From a virus (Duplodnaviria; Heunggongvirae; Uroviricota; Caudoviricetes), in IMG/VR virus record IMGVR_UViG_3300011727_000001, positions 1 to 19,899 of that record: a DNA stretch of 19,899 bases; one strand, given 5' to 3'. A model generated the notes under the pieces. The model was not told the origin of the DNA and searched no databases. It saw nothing but the letters and a program-made list of their open reading frames with translations. A program made the translations under genes and the position numbers. Positions 1 to 8,003 of this stretch are shown here, one piece after another; positions within the stretch are counted from its first letter, which is position 1; each line of letters starts with the position of its first letter.

Positions 1-1
1 G

Positions 2-265
2 AGCCATATCCGCTTGGTTCTGCTTAGTGGCTTTGGCGAGTGCGTTTGCGTGATTAGCTGAAATTCGCTCAGCTGCTATCCGGCGCTTTTCTTCAAGCGC
101 TAGTTTCGTCTCAAGGGTGGCGCGCTCAGCTGTGAGAACGTAACCCAAGCGCGCCTCGGCGGCGACGCGAGGGTGTCCAATCACAAGATTATAGCCGTTC
201 ATCAGCATCACACCGATTAGAAGGCCAATGACTCCACCGATGACGACGTAAATATCTTTCGTCAT
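2..265 (-). CDS. Putative inner-membrane spanin (Rz-like), runs off the window start; not in the ORF track
   Basis: Manual translation from ATG at 265 (ATGA overlap with holin stop 262-264): MTKDIYVVIGGVIGLLIGVMLMNGYNLVIGHPRVAAEARLGYVLTAERATLETKLALEEKRRIAAERISANHANALAKATKQNQADMA..., open to the edge. It has an N-terminal TM helix followed by an Ala/Glu/Lys/Arg-rich predicted coiled coil, and is the last gene of the lysis cassette in view. Confidence 0.65.
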   Translation of the reverse strand, partial: MTKDIYVVIGGVIGLLIGVMLMNGYNLVIGHPRVAAEARLGYVLTAERATLETKLALEEKRRIAAERISANHANALAKATKQNQADMA

Positions 266-537
266 TCACCAGCTCCTATATCATGATCCGGATGACGACA
301 GCGCCATTTGCGTTTGTCATTGTCATCCCAGACTGAGCCAAACACATATGAACCTGCAATCGCTACAATGAGTCCCAGAAGCGTAACCAGAGCGTTCTGA
401 TGCAAACCAGTGTCATTGCCCCAGATGATGATGTATTGCGCGTTGAGCATCGCCCAAGCGAGAATAATGATCATCCAGCGACGACGACGGGGCCAGTTGT
501 CCTGCGCGAGAAATTCGTTCTTGGATACGTCCTTCAT
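262..537 (-). CDS. Putative holin (two TM helices)
   Basis: 91 aa with a basic RRRR patch, two hydrophobic segments (WMIIILAWAMLNAQYIIIW; ALVTLLGLIVAIAGSYVFGSVW) and a charged C-tail. ATGA overlaps at both ends; lies downstream of the endolysin. Confidence 0.7.
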   Translation of the reverse strand: MKDVSKNEFLAQDNWPRRRRWMIIILAWAMLNAQYIIIWGNDTGLHQNALVTLLGLIVAIAGSYVFGSVWDDNDKRKWRCRHPDHDIGAGE

Positions 538-857
538 CGACGCCGACGCATGGGTTTAGACGCGTCCTCCAATTCTTCTTCTTTTGGATCATCGTCGTCC
601 TCTTCCTGGAAAATGCCGGGAAATCGCATCTCGATTTTCTCGACATACGCACCGACGACATTATCGATGCCACTAACTTTAACAGCAGCCAGCGTCGCAT
701 CGACGGTTTCATCTCTCAACACGCCATCGATGATACGCAAAGGCGCAACAACGTGAACCAATCCCTGAAGAGCGATCAAAGCGCGTTCAGATCCGATCTT
801 TACTGATGCCTCGGCGATTTTCTCCACAAGCGCTTCAGGTAGTTTGGACAAATTCAT
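534..857 (-). CDS. Non-catalytic GH108/peptidoglycan-binding-like protein (N-terminally truncated muramidase-like module) with acidic tail
   Basis: Preferred start is ATG 857 (GAGG 6 nt upstream, 1 nt after the endolysin TAG), giving 107 aa. LSKLPEALVEKIAEASVKIGSERALIALQ...IIDGVLRDETVDA follows the GH108 C-terminal/PG_binding_3 pattern; there is no EGG(Y/F) catalytic motif. Its stop overlaps the holin ATG. Confidence 0.5.
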   Translation of the reverse strand: MNLSKLPEALVEKIAEASVKIGSERALIALQGLVHVVAPLRIIDGVLRDETVDATLAAVKVSGIDNVVGAYVEKIEMRFPGIFQEEDDDDPKEEELEDASKPMRRRR

Positions 858-858
858 A

Positions 859-1368
859 CTATGCCTCATTTGTTGATACCCGACCGTCACTGTTCATTAC
901 GGGAAGATTAAAACGATGCTCAGCCGGCCATGTCGAAGGCCAGCGATAACCAACTACGCGGTTCATCGCGAAAGGCTTGATATTAACAGCATCACCCTGA
1001 TTTCCACCCAGAACCATAAGGTTTCCGAACTTGTCCTTACCAACAACAAATCCGACATGACCGCCGCCAGAGCGAGAAAAAATCACAAGACACCCAACGG
1101 CCGGTCGATCCAGTTTCACACCATGATCATTCCAAGCCTTTGCGGAGGCACCTTGCCCTTTTGGAGGAACAGAGAGACCGCTTTCTTTCAACACGCCGCC
1201 AACAAAAGCTCCACACCAAGGAGTTTCATCATCCTTATACCAGGACGCGCCGATATCCTTCCACCACTGCAGGATTTTGGGGTGATGTTGAGAACCCTTA
1301 ATCTCACGCAAGCCAATATATGACGCTGCGTGATCCAGCCAGGAAAGTCCGGTTTTAGGTAATGTCAT
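859..1368 (-). CDS. Endolysin, TIGR02594-family (NlpC/P60/CHAP-like Cys-His peptidoglycan hydrolase)
   Basis: Motifs DETPWCGAFVG, SAKAW, PAVGCLVIFSR, GGHVGFVVG, VLGGNQGDAV and VVGYRWP; AAGGAG SD at 1376-1381; no signal or SAR segment; sits in the lysis cassette. Confidence 0.85.
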   Translation of the reverse strand: MTLPKTGLSWLDHAASYIGLREIKGSQHHPKILQWWKDIGASWYKDDETPWCGAFVGGVLKESGLSVPPKGQGASAKAWNDHGVKLDRPAVGCLVIFSRSGGGHVGFVVGKDKFGNLMVLGGNQGDAVNIKPFAMNRVVGYRWPSTWPAEHRFNLPVMNSDGRVSTNEA

Positions 1369-1385
1369 AAGTCACTCCTTACTGA
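1368..1385. promoter_or_regulatory. 18-bp operator-like motif, copy 1 (TAAGTCA-ctcc-TTACTGA), overlapping the endolysin SD
   Basis: One mismatch to TAAGTMA-N4-TKACTTA; spans the stop of 1379..1660, the AAGGAG SD and the first base of the endolysin start codon. Confidence 0.55.
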
Positions 1386-1660
1386 TGATTTCGACCCAAA
1401 CGGGTCTCTTTTTCGGAAGGAGCGTCAGAGGATGAATAAGACAACCGATCGACTTTCTTTCCCAGCTCCTTGATCTCCAGCAGGATTTCTTTTTTTGTAG
1501 CCTTGTCTTCTTCGATGTAAGCCGTATGAGCCTGAATGGTTAATTCCTGCGCGACTGAGTGCGCAGCGATTTTCCATCCATAGGTTACAAGAACGATCAA
1601 GCTTACGGCGAAAGCAGCACGCGCACCGGTGAGATAAAAACCATTTTCTTCGACGCTCAT
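1379..1660 (-). CDS. Small single-TM membrane protein with C-terminal coiled coil (possible holin/antiholin-type lysis protein)
   Basis: 93 aa; TM segment AAFAVSLIVLVTYGW; coiled-coil-like KKEILLEIKELGKKVDRL; first gene after the promoter at 1693-1721. Confidence 0.6.
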   Translation of the reverse strand: MSVEENGFYLTGARAAFAVSLIVLVTYGWKIAAHSVAQELTIQAHTAYIEEDKATKKEILLEIKELGKKVDRLSYSSSDAPSEKETRLGRNHQ

Positions 1661-1692
1661 TGTTCCGTCTTTCCGCTGGATTAAGTCCGGTT

Positions 1693-1721
1693 ATAATAAG
1701 TCATCGCTTACTTACAATCAA
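1693..1721 (-). promoter_or_regulatory. Sigma70-like promoter TTGATT-17-TATTAT with motif copy 2 (1697-1714) in the spacer; drives the lysis cassette
   Basis: Minus strand reads TTGATT gtaagtaagcgatgact TATTAT. The motif TAAGTCA-tcgc-TTACTTA is an exact match. Confidence 0.65.
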
Positions 1722-1729
1722 CCACGGAA

Positions 1730-1749
1730 TAGGCTCTGGCTAGAGCCTA
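1730..1749 (-). terminator. Hairpin (8-bp stem, 4-nt loop) after the tail-tip genes; possible weak terminator
   Basis: TAGGCTCT-AGCC-AGAGCCTA, 2 nt after the stop at 1752; the U-tract is poor (TTCCG). Confidence 0.4.
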
Positions 1750-1751
1750 AA

Positions 1752-2348
1752 TTACATACCCGTTAAATCGGTGTAATTAAAATATGCCGAGTTGGCACTC
1801 CAATCGCCGTTTACTGAAATATATCCAGCATTCACGCTCTGCTCCTCAAGATTTGCGCCATTCAGGCGAAGCCCCTTCCCCCACAAAATGCTATCGCGAT
1901 CTGAAGCTTCCCATTTCAAACTTGAAACCATAAAGCCCATTTTTTTTGACGCGACGGGGTTATCAATAATTCGCAATGGAGGATGCGAAGCTGAAAAAAG
2001 CATCTCGCCGTTTTCGTTATAAACCTCCAATCCAAACCCGGAGCTTGTAATGTTTCGCGCCCGATCAAATGTGTAAACCTGAACCACTTGTTGAGTATTA
2101 TGAGGATTATAGACGGACAGATTTATAGTCCATGCACCGTTCTCATACATAAAGATGGGAAAACTAAACACATTTGGCGAATGAAAACCAAAGAGGGCTA
2201 TATCGCTTCCTTGGAGCGTCAAAACCCTTGTGTTGTGCGAGTTAGCCGGAAAATAAACATTCTCAACATGCGTGCAGAGATGGTTATAGTAGCTATTAAC
2301 AATCTGATACGAACCTGTGTCGCTTACTACTTCTAAGCCTACTGGCAT
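1752..2348 (-). CDS. Tail-tip accessory protein (type found downstream of J in lambdoid/T1/N15-like phages)
   Basis: 198 aa, beta-rich; N-terminal GLEVVSDTG and internal FGLEVYNENGEMLFSASHPPL motifs typical of post-J genes; start overlaps the upstream stop. Confidence 0.6.
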   Translation of the reverse strand: MPVGLEVVSDTGSYQIVNSYYNHLCTHVENVYFPANSHNTRVLTLQGSDIALFGFHSPNVFSFPIFMYENGAWTINLSVYNPHNTQQVVQVYTFDRARNITSSGFGLEVYNENGEMLFSASHPPLRIIDNPVASKKMGFMVSSLKWEASDRDSILWGKGLRLNGANLEEQSVNAGYISVNGDWSANSAYFNYTDLTGM

Positions 2349-2641
2349 TATCTGATCCCGTAAATCAATCTAAATGGGCGAGAGAACCAGCCCGCCACCA
2401 CAAAATATGAAATCGTATCGCCGTTAATCTCCACTGTGGGATTAACTGGCATAAGATTAGAAACGCCCGTGTCCGGTGGTGCAATCATATAAAACGGAAT
2501 GCCGTCCAAGAGGCGACTATCCCGCAGGGTGCCAGTCGCGGAAACTCTAAGCGTTCCAAGTATAAATGACACCCTTGTCGATGTATCGAGAAGGATAATT
2601 CCATTTTCGTTAAATGTTTGAAGTCCTTGTGGCATTACCAA
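2348..2641 (-). CDS. Small tail-tip accessory protein downstream of J
   Basis: 97 aa; QGLQTFNENGIILLDTSTRVSFILG N-terminus and C-terminal YGIR; overlaps the J stop. Confidence 0.6.
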   Translation of the reverse strand: MVMPQGLQTFNENGIILLDTSTRVSFILGTLRVSATGTLRDSRLLDGIPFYMIAPPDTGVSNLMPVNPTVEINGDTISYFVVAGWFSRPFRLIYGIR

Positions 2642-5600
2642 ATACCCAATCTTACACGCAAGACATTGTTCTGATCGTAAACATTCACCTGACTGTTGCT
2701 AATCACCAATCTGGCGCCGGTTGTGTTGCTGCGAATTGTTACAGTGCCGTCTGAATTAACCAGAAATCTGCTGTTAATATTTAAAGAGCCGCCTTTGATA
2801 TCTCCCAGATCAGAACTAATGGCGGACAATTGAGTAACTTCAATATTGTCAGCCTTTACCGCTCCGGCTTTCAGCTGGGCAGTATCAATAGAATTGGTCT
2901 TAATCTGCCCGCCATCAATAATCGTTCGACCGTAGCTCGCGAAAAGCCAGACACCGCCTTTATAAACTGCCAGAATGACATGATCGTCATTGTTGGCCGT
3001 GACTATATTGGTGCTTGTTCGAAGGATCGTTTCGCCCTTGACCCAGTAAATATACAGAGAGCCGGAAGTCCAAGTCGCGTTACCGGCGGTCAAATTAACG
3101 GTGACTGATTGATTGCTGTCATTCGTATAAGCGATCGTGCCGACAGACCATGAGACCTTATTAACTGCAGGAGAATTGTGCTCAAAAGTCAGGCCGTCGA
3201 TTGTAATACCACGCATACCAATAGTCGCGGCGTTTGCCTTAAGCGTATTCGCTGCCAGTGCGCCGCCGTTAATTTCGGTGCTATCACCGCCCATAGCCCA
3301 ATGAGAAAGCGTTCCAATGTTGGAAATCTTTACCTTACCAGGCTCAATCAAAGTGGTGTTCTGATTCACACGCGCAGCCGGATCTCTTGCGCGATCTCGA
3401 ATAGTGGCAAGGGTATCACCGCCGCCTACAATGATCGTATTGGAGATTGTTGTATTTGCTTTGAGCTTATCAGCTTCCAAGCTTTCGATTTTGGCTGATG
3501 TAATCACCGCATCCTTAAGTTGGAGCGAGTTTGTGATAATTGCATCATTTACAACAAGCTGCTGCGCACCAACGGTTCCGGCAATGATGTTATTACCATC
3601 CATCATCACCTTACCATCGGCCATTTGCAGATCAGTGCCGCCGCGATATACCGCGATAGGGAACCCCTCTTCCACAAACATGGTTGTAACCGAGGTGGTT
3701 GAGCGAAGAACGGTTTCCCCTTCTACATAATAAATATAGAGCGAACCTGAAGTCCAAGTGACATTACCGGCTGTAATCGTCTTTTGAGTAACGCCGTTAA
3801 TCGCCGAGCCGATGGCGATGGTAAAAGAATTCCATGCCGTCTTATTTGTCGCTGGGGAATTTGGCGTCAGAACAAGTCCGGTGATTGTCATTCGCTTCGC
3901 GTCGGGCAACGCGGCTGTAGTGCCGGTCTTTACTTCGGTCAGAACGCTTTCGTTTCCAGAAGTGTCAACCGCACGCAACCAAAAGAAGCGCTGCACCTGA
4001 TTATCAAGACCGGTTCGTGCGAAGGAATTACCAACGGAAGTGCCTACCACCGTCGCAGTGGCGGGATCATTGGTGGTATTTTCCAAAATCTCAATGCAAT
4101 CCAGATCCTCGTCTGCCGGATTGACCCAAGAAAGCCAAAACGAGGTCAAGCCTACAGAGACATTAAAGTCGGTAGGAGCCGCCGGTGGTGTAGTGTCCTT
4201 GAGCGTCGTGTGGGTTACGATATCGCTATAGGAAGACCTATTACCTACCCGATCATACGCACGCACGCGAACCGCAAATGAGATCGCCGGTAAAACACGC
4301 CATTCGTATCGGTTTGAAGATGTGATTGCGGAAATCCAATTACCAGATCCCTGCTTGATCTCTACATCGTAACCAACAAGATCTTCCTCTGTATTCGCAT
4401 CCCAAGTGGCGACCATTTTAACCAAGCTGCCTTCCAAAGTGGAAGTAATAACTGGCGCGGCTGGTTTTTCTGGCGGATCGAGATCGACACCGCTCATGGC
4501 TGTAACGATCTGAATCTCTGGCGAGATGTTCAGCTCTTCCTTGCCAAACGCGTCATATGCCGCAAAGCGGCAGTAATATGTGGTGGACGGTTCCGCTGGC
4601 ACTGTAATATTTGTGTCAGCAGCGTCTCCCCAAGGCGTCGTGGTAAGCGGATCATATCCAGATACAGTTTCCACCCAGATCAGATAACCTACAAAATCAG
4701 GATCTCGGTTAGCAGCTGAGAAGGATAAAAGAATTTGCTCAGAACCTGGATAATTAACAGGAACAACCGCTGATGGAGCTGGGTTTGAAAACATTCGCGC
4801 CAACATTTGTGATGTGCGATCAAATGTATCCGTTACGGTAATTTCAAAACGAACAGCTCGGCGCGCTGACGGCAAGCTGAGCGCTTGCGCGTCCGCAGCG
4901 TTCATTTCGTAGGTATAGGTGAATTCGGGCGCAAAAACGCGCTGTTCGCGCATCAGTTGACCGGATTTTACATCAAATACCTTAATCGTATTGTGCTTAT
5001 AAAATGGCGACCATTCATTGGATAGCGATCCATCATCCGATGTCGGATCGGAAGAGGAAGCGAAGTTGTTATCCCACATGATGGAAATATTCCGGCCGAT
5101 GAACTCATCACCTGCCCGATCCGCGAGCCGAATGTTTGTAACAGTGGGCATACGCATACCCGCCGCGCCCACGGCTTCATATTCGAACTCAGCCCATTCA
5201 GATGGGCGCTGCGTTAGCGAGAACGCACGCACCTGAAATACGTATATACCCGGTGTTACATCGTTCAGCTCAAGCCAGGTTTTCTCTGTTACGCCATATT
5301 CAATTTCTCCATCGAAAGGTGTGAGAATTTTCACCTCGAAATGGCGAGAAACGGCGACCGGGCTTGGCGACCAAGAAAACAAAATACGTGATTTCTGTGC
5401 GCCATTCAGCTGATAAAACAACTCTTTGACTGACAGATTTTCAGGCTTATACGCTTCATTTTTCGGCCGCGTGTAAGGGAGCGGATCGAATTTAATATTT
5501 TGCTCAACACGAGCGTATTTCAGCGGATCATGGAAAAGAGCCGACACCTTAAAGATGTTCTTTTCTTCTTCACGAATAGAAATCACACGGAACTGACGCG

Positions 5601-7392
5601 GAGTAATATCCGTTCCAGTAATTGCGAACATAGCATCCGCGTCGAGCTGCTGTGAAAAATCGGATGCCAAAACCGGCTCGCGATCACTCTTCCACGACAC
5701 AATCGGGCGTGACTCGATCTTACCGTTTGGCAAGGCGGCCATAAGCGCGTAAGTCTCGCCTTGGGTTGCCTCAAAAGAAGCGTCGAGAGTAATCGAAAGA
5801 GCCGAGCGATCATGCGCGCGGATACGACCACCGGCGCGAACCTGTGCCTTAGCCGGGTCTGCAATAGCGATAATCTCACCCGGACGAACCTCGGCGTGAT
5901 CCCAGCTGGCCTGATACTCTACGGTTTCATTTTCGTTTTGCTCAACATCCAAGATCCACTTGCCATATCGATGAGCCAGGCCGCGAGATGAGCATCCTTG
6001 AAAAGTAATGGACTTTTCACGCCAGCCATATTTACGGAGCATCTCGTCATTAATGACGACCTCAATTGCTGGACGAAAGAAATCATCTGGATCATTCCAT
6101 TTGACCAGACACACAGAGTGGCGTGCCTTCAGAGCTGTTCCGGAATAATTGAACTCACCGCCAATGACATTCGCAGGAGTTACGATTTTGATCGGATCTG
6201 CAGGAATGTCGGCCGACGCGAACACTTGTCCCAACGACCAAAAAGCCATACCGCGCCAGGCAGTGGAAACCGACTGCAGAACGTGAAACGCCTCTTCTCG
6301 ATTATTAATGACACCGTTGTATGTGAAGCGCGGCTCCATAATATCCGCGCCAGTATCGCCATTTTTATAACCAGACGGAACAAGCTGATCGCAATATTGG
6401 GCAATCGTATAAAGCGACCACTTATCTACGATCTCAGGGCGGATAAACTCGCCAAGGCCGTAACGATCATTCGTGATTAGATCATAGAAAATCCAAGCAG
6501 GATTGCTCGTCCAAGCGCGTTTAAATGTGCCATCCCAGATACCGGTATATTTGCGCGTAAACGGATTGTAATTTGACGGAACATCGATCTTCAAGCCGCG
6601 AACGCGGAAAGAGCGAGCGGGGACGCTCTGCCCCATATCCTCACCATTCGCCTCAATTGCGATAGCGGCTGTATGAGGGTAGATGTATTTGCCATCAACA
6701 ATGACAACATAACCTTCCCAATAAAGATCGTTTTGCAGTTCGATCTTCTCGCTATCCTCGGTCACACGCTCGACGCGGATATCCCACGGCGCGCCACCAA
6801 GCGGCAATTCTACTCGGTGAGCGATTTGATAGGGGCTTGTGCATTTTTCATTACGGATATGCTTTTCAACGGCTAATTTCCAAGTGCCGTTATAAGCACG
6901 CACCCAAACACGATAAGACAGCGAGGCTGTCTTCATTTCACCCTTCTTCTTGTCCTGATAAAAAAGAGAAGGAATGCGCAACAGCACGCGAACGGCGTCC
7001 GCATTTGTGTCAGCGATTGTTCTTTGAACCGGCCCCGTCTTTGACTTTACCTGAACTTCGACATTAAACGGCGTTTCTACACCGGCATGACCGGGGAAGT
7101 GACCTTCGTCTGGCAGCCCTTTATGCTCCGTCCAATTGACGTTCTTAAAATTAAAGGAGCCGTCCTCATTCTGAAGCGGGGTTTGTTCGAAATAGATTGA
7201 TTTCGCGCCGTCAACCAGACCTTCAATCTCACCTTCAGAGATAGCCTCGATCATGCGCACGCGTGCTTTTGAGCGCAGGGTGTTATCAGCGTCTTTACCG
7301 CCTCCACCGCCCTTGCCTTTACCACCGCCGCCACCTGAACCGCGAATTCGGGTATTCTCACTGACGAGGTTATTTACTGTCTGGATACTCAT
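2635..7392 (-). CDS. J: Tail tip / host-specificity protein, lambda gpJ-like, with FN3 repeats and a duplicated C-terminal domain
   Basis: ATG 7392 (ATGA overlap with I), 1585 aa. Gly/Lys-rich N-terminus, then ISEGEIEGLVDG, WTSNPAWIFYDLITNDRYGLG, AQYCDQLVP, EPRFTYNG, AHRYGKW, VRPGEIIAIADP. FN3-like repeats (SWVNPADEDL...WLRAVDTSGNES); C-terminal VYDQNNVLRVRLGIW. Confidence 0.93.
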   Translation of the reverse strand: MSIQTVNNLVSENTRIRGSGGGGGKGKGGGGGKDADNTLRSKARVRMIEAISEGEIEGLVDGAKSIYFEQTPLQNEDGSFNFKNVNWTEHKGLPDEGHFPGHAGVETPFNVEVQVKSKTGPVQRTIADTNADAVRVLLRIPSLFYQDKKKGEMKTASLSYRVWVRAYNGTWKLAVEKHIRNEKCTSPYQIAHRVELPLGGAPWDIRVERVTEDSEKIELQNDLYWEGYVVIVDGKYIYPHTAAIAIEANGEDMGQSVPARSFRVRGLKIDVPSNYNPFTRKYTGIWDGTFKRAWTSNPAWIFYDLITNDRYGLGEFIRPEIVDKWSLYTIAQYCDQLVPSGYKNGDTGADIMEPRFTYNGVINNREEAFHVLQSVSTAWRGMAFWSLGQVFASADIPADPIKIVTPANVIGGEFNYSGTALKARHSVCLVKWNDPDDFFRPAIEVVINDEMLRKYGWREKSITFQGCSSRGLAHRYGKWILDVEQNENETVEYQASWDHAEVRPGEIIAIADPAKAQVRAGGRIRAHDRSALSITLDASFEATQGETYALMAALPNGKIESRPIVSWKSDREPVLASDFSQQLDADAMFAITGTDITPRQFRVISIREEEKNIFKVSALFHDPLKYARVEQNIKFDPLPYTRPKNEAYKPENLSVKELFYQLNGAQKSRILFSWSPSPVAVSRHFEVKILTPFDGEIEYGVTEKTWLELNDVTPGIYVFQVRAFSLTQRPSEWAEFEYEAVGAAGMRMPTVTNIRLADRAGDEFIGRNISIMWDNNFASSSDPTSDDGSLSNEWSPFYKHNTIKVFDVKSGQLMREQRVFAPEFTYTYEMNAADAQALSLPSARRAVRFEITVTDTFDRTSQMLARMFSNPAPSAVVPVNYPGSEQILLSFSAANRDPDFVGYLIWVETVSGYDPLTTTPWGDAADTNITVPAEPSTTYYCRFAAYDAFGKEELNISPEIQIVTAMSGVDLDPPEKPAAPVITSTLEGSLVKMVATWDANTEEDLVGYDVEIKQGSGNWISAITSSNRYEWRVLPAISFAVRVRAYDRVGNRSSYSDIVTHTTLKDTTPPAAPTDFNVSVGLTSFWLSWVNPADEDLDCIEILENTTNDPATATVVGTSVGNSFARTGLDNQVQRFFWLRAVDTSGNESVLTEVKTGTTAALPDAKRMTITGLVLTPNSPATNKTAWNSFTIAIGSAINGVTQKTITAGNVTWTSGSLYIYYVEGETVLRSTTSVTTMFVEEGFPIAVYRGGTDLQMADGKVMMDGNNIIAGTVGAQQLVVNDAIITNSLQLKDAVITSAKIESLEADKLKANTTISNTIIVGGGDTLATIRDRARDPAARVNQNTTLIEPGKVKISNIGTLSHWAMGGDSTEINGGALAANTLKANAATIGMRGITIDGLTFEHNSPAVNKVSWSVGTIAYTNDSNQSVTVNLTAGNATWTSGSLYIYWVKGETILRTSTNIVTANNDDHVILAVYKGGVWLFASYGRTIIDGGQIKTNSIDTAQLKAGAVKADNIEVTQLSAISSDLGDIKGGSLNINSRFLVNSDGTVTIRSNTTGARLVISNSQVNVYDQNNVLRVRLGIW

Positions 7393-8003
7393 CAACGACC
7401 TACCGCAATCTTTTCGACATCGATACCGGCGGAGATCATCACTGATCCTGTGATTACTTCACCGTAAACAAGTGGCACCGGATAACCTTGGTCATACGTG
7501 TTGCCTGGGCCGGACATCGTGAAAGAAGACTCCTTATCGCCCTCGCTGCTTTTGTTTTCTGGAGCCAACAATTGCGAGGCGCCGCCAAGCGCCATCGCTG
7601 CGCCAAAAATCATCATGTGACCGTATGTGATGCCGCTCAGAACGCCGGTCGCGCTTCCGAAAATAGGCGCTGCAAAGCCGCCCATGAAAAAGCCGAAACC
7701 AACAAGCGCAACACCGAGAATAATTTTCAGAAGACCGCCGCGCTTGGAGCCGGCGACATACGGCAAGATGTGCAAATCACCCTTACCGAGATTAAAGGTG
7801 GCCAGATCACTCTCTTCGAGCGACATTCCGGTATCGACATCCTGACCACGAACGACGTGCCAAGACCCTGCGCGAAAATCAGCCAGTATCTCAGGAAAGT
7901 TGGCTGATAATGCGCGAATTGCTTCTGCGGCGGTCGCTACGTCTAGCTTAATAGTGTCGCCGTATTTCTCAGCAAGAAGGCCATAAAGATGAATATTACG
8001 CAT
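7392..8003 (-). CDS. I: Tail assembly protein, lambda gpI-like
   Basis: Start corrected to ATG 8003 (MRNIHLYG, GAGG SD 6 nt upstream). Motifs ATAAEAIRAL, hydrophobic IILGVALVG, MALGGASQLLAP, SFTMSGPGNTYDQGYPVPLVYGEVITGSVMISAG. Confidence 0.9.
   Translation of the reverse strand: MRNIHLYGLLAEKYGDTIKLDVATAAEAIRALSANFPEILADFRAGSWHVVRGQDVDTGMSLEESDLATFNLGKGDLHILPYVAGSKRGGLLKIILGVALVGFGFFMGGFAAPIFGSATGVLSGITYGHMMIFGAAMALGGASQLLAPENKSSEGDKESSFTMSGPGNTYDQGYPVPLVYGEVITGSVMISAGIDVEKIAVGR

Noticed and set aside
472-537. Lambda S-type dual-start motif in the holin
   Set aside because: The second Met is at residue 22, not two or three codons downstream, and no start-selecting hairpin was seen.
2887-3891. 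Diversity-generating retroelement TR/VR pair in J
   Set aside because: The two repeats differ at many synonymous and non-adenine positions, both are in-frame coding, and no reverse transcriptase is in the window. This is an old duplication.
7297-7336. (ACC/GCC)n microsatellite-like tract at the J 5' end
   Set aside because: It encodes the Gly/Lys-rich linker usual at the N-terminus of J-type proteins; there is no evidence of phase variation.
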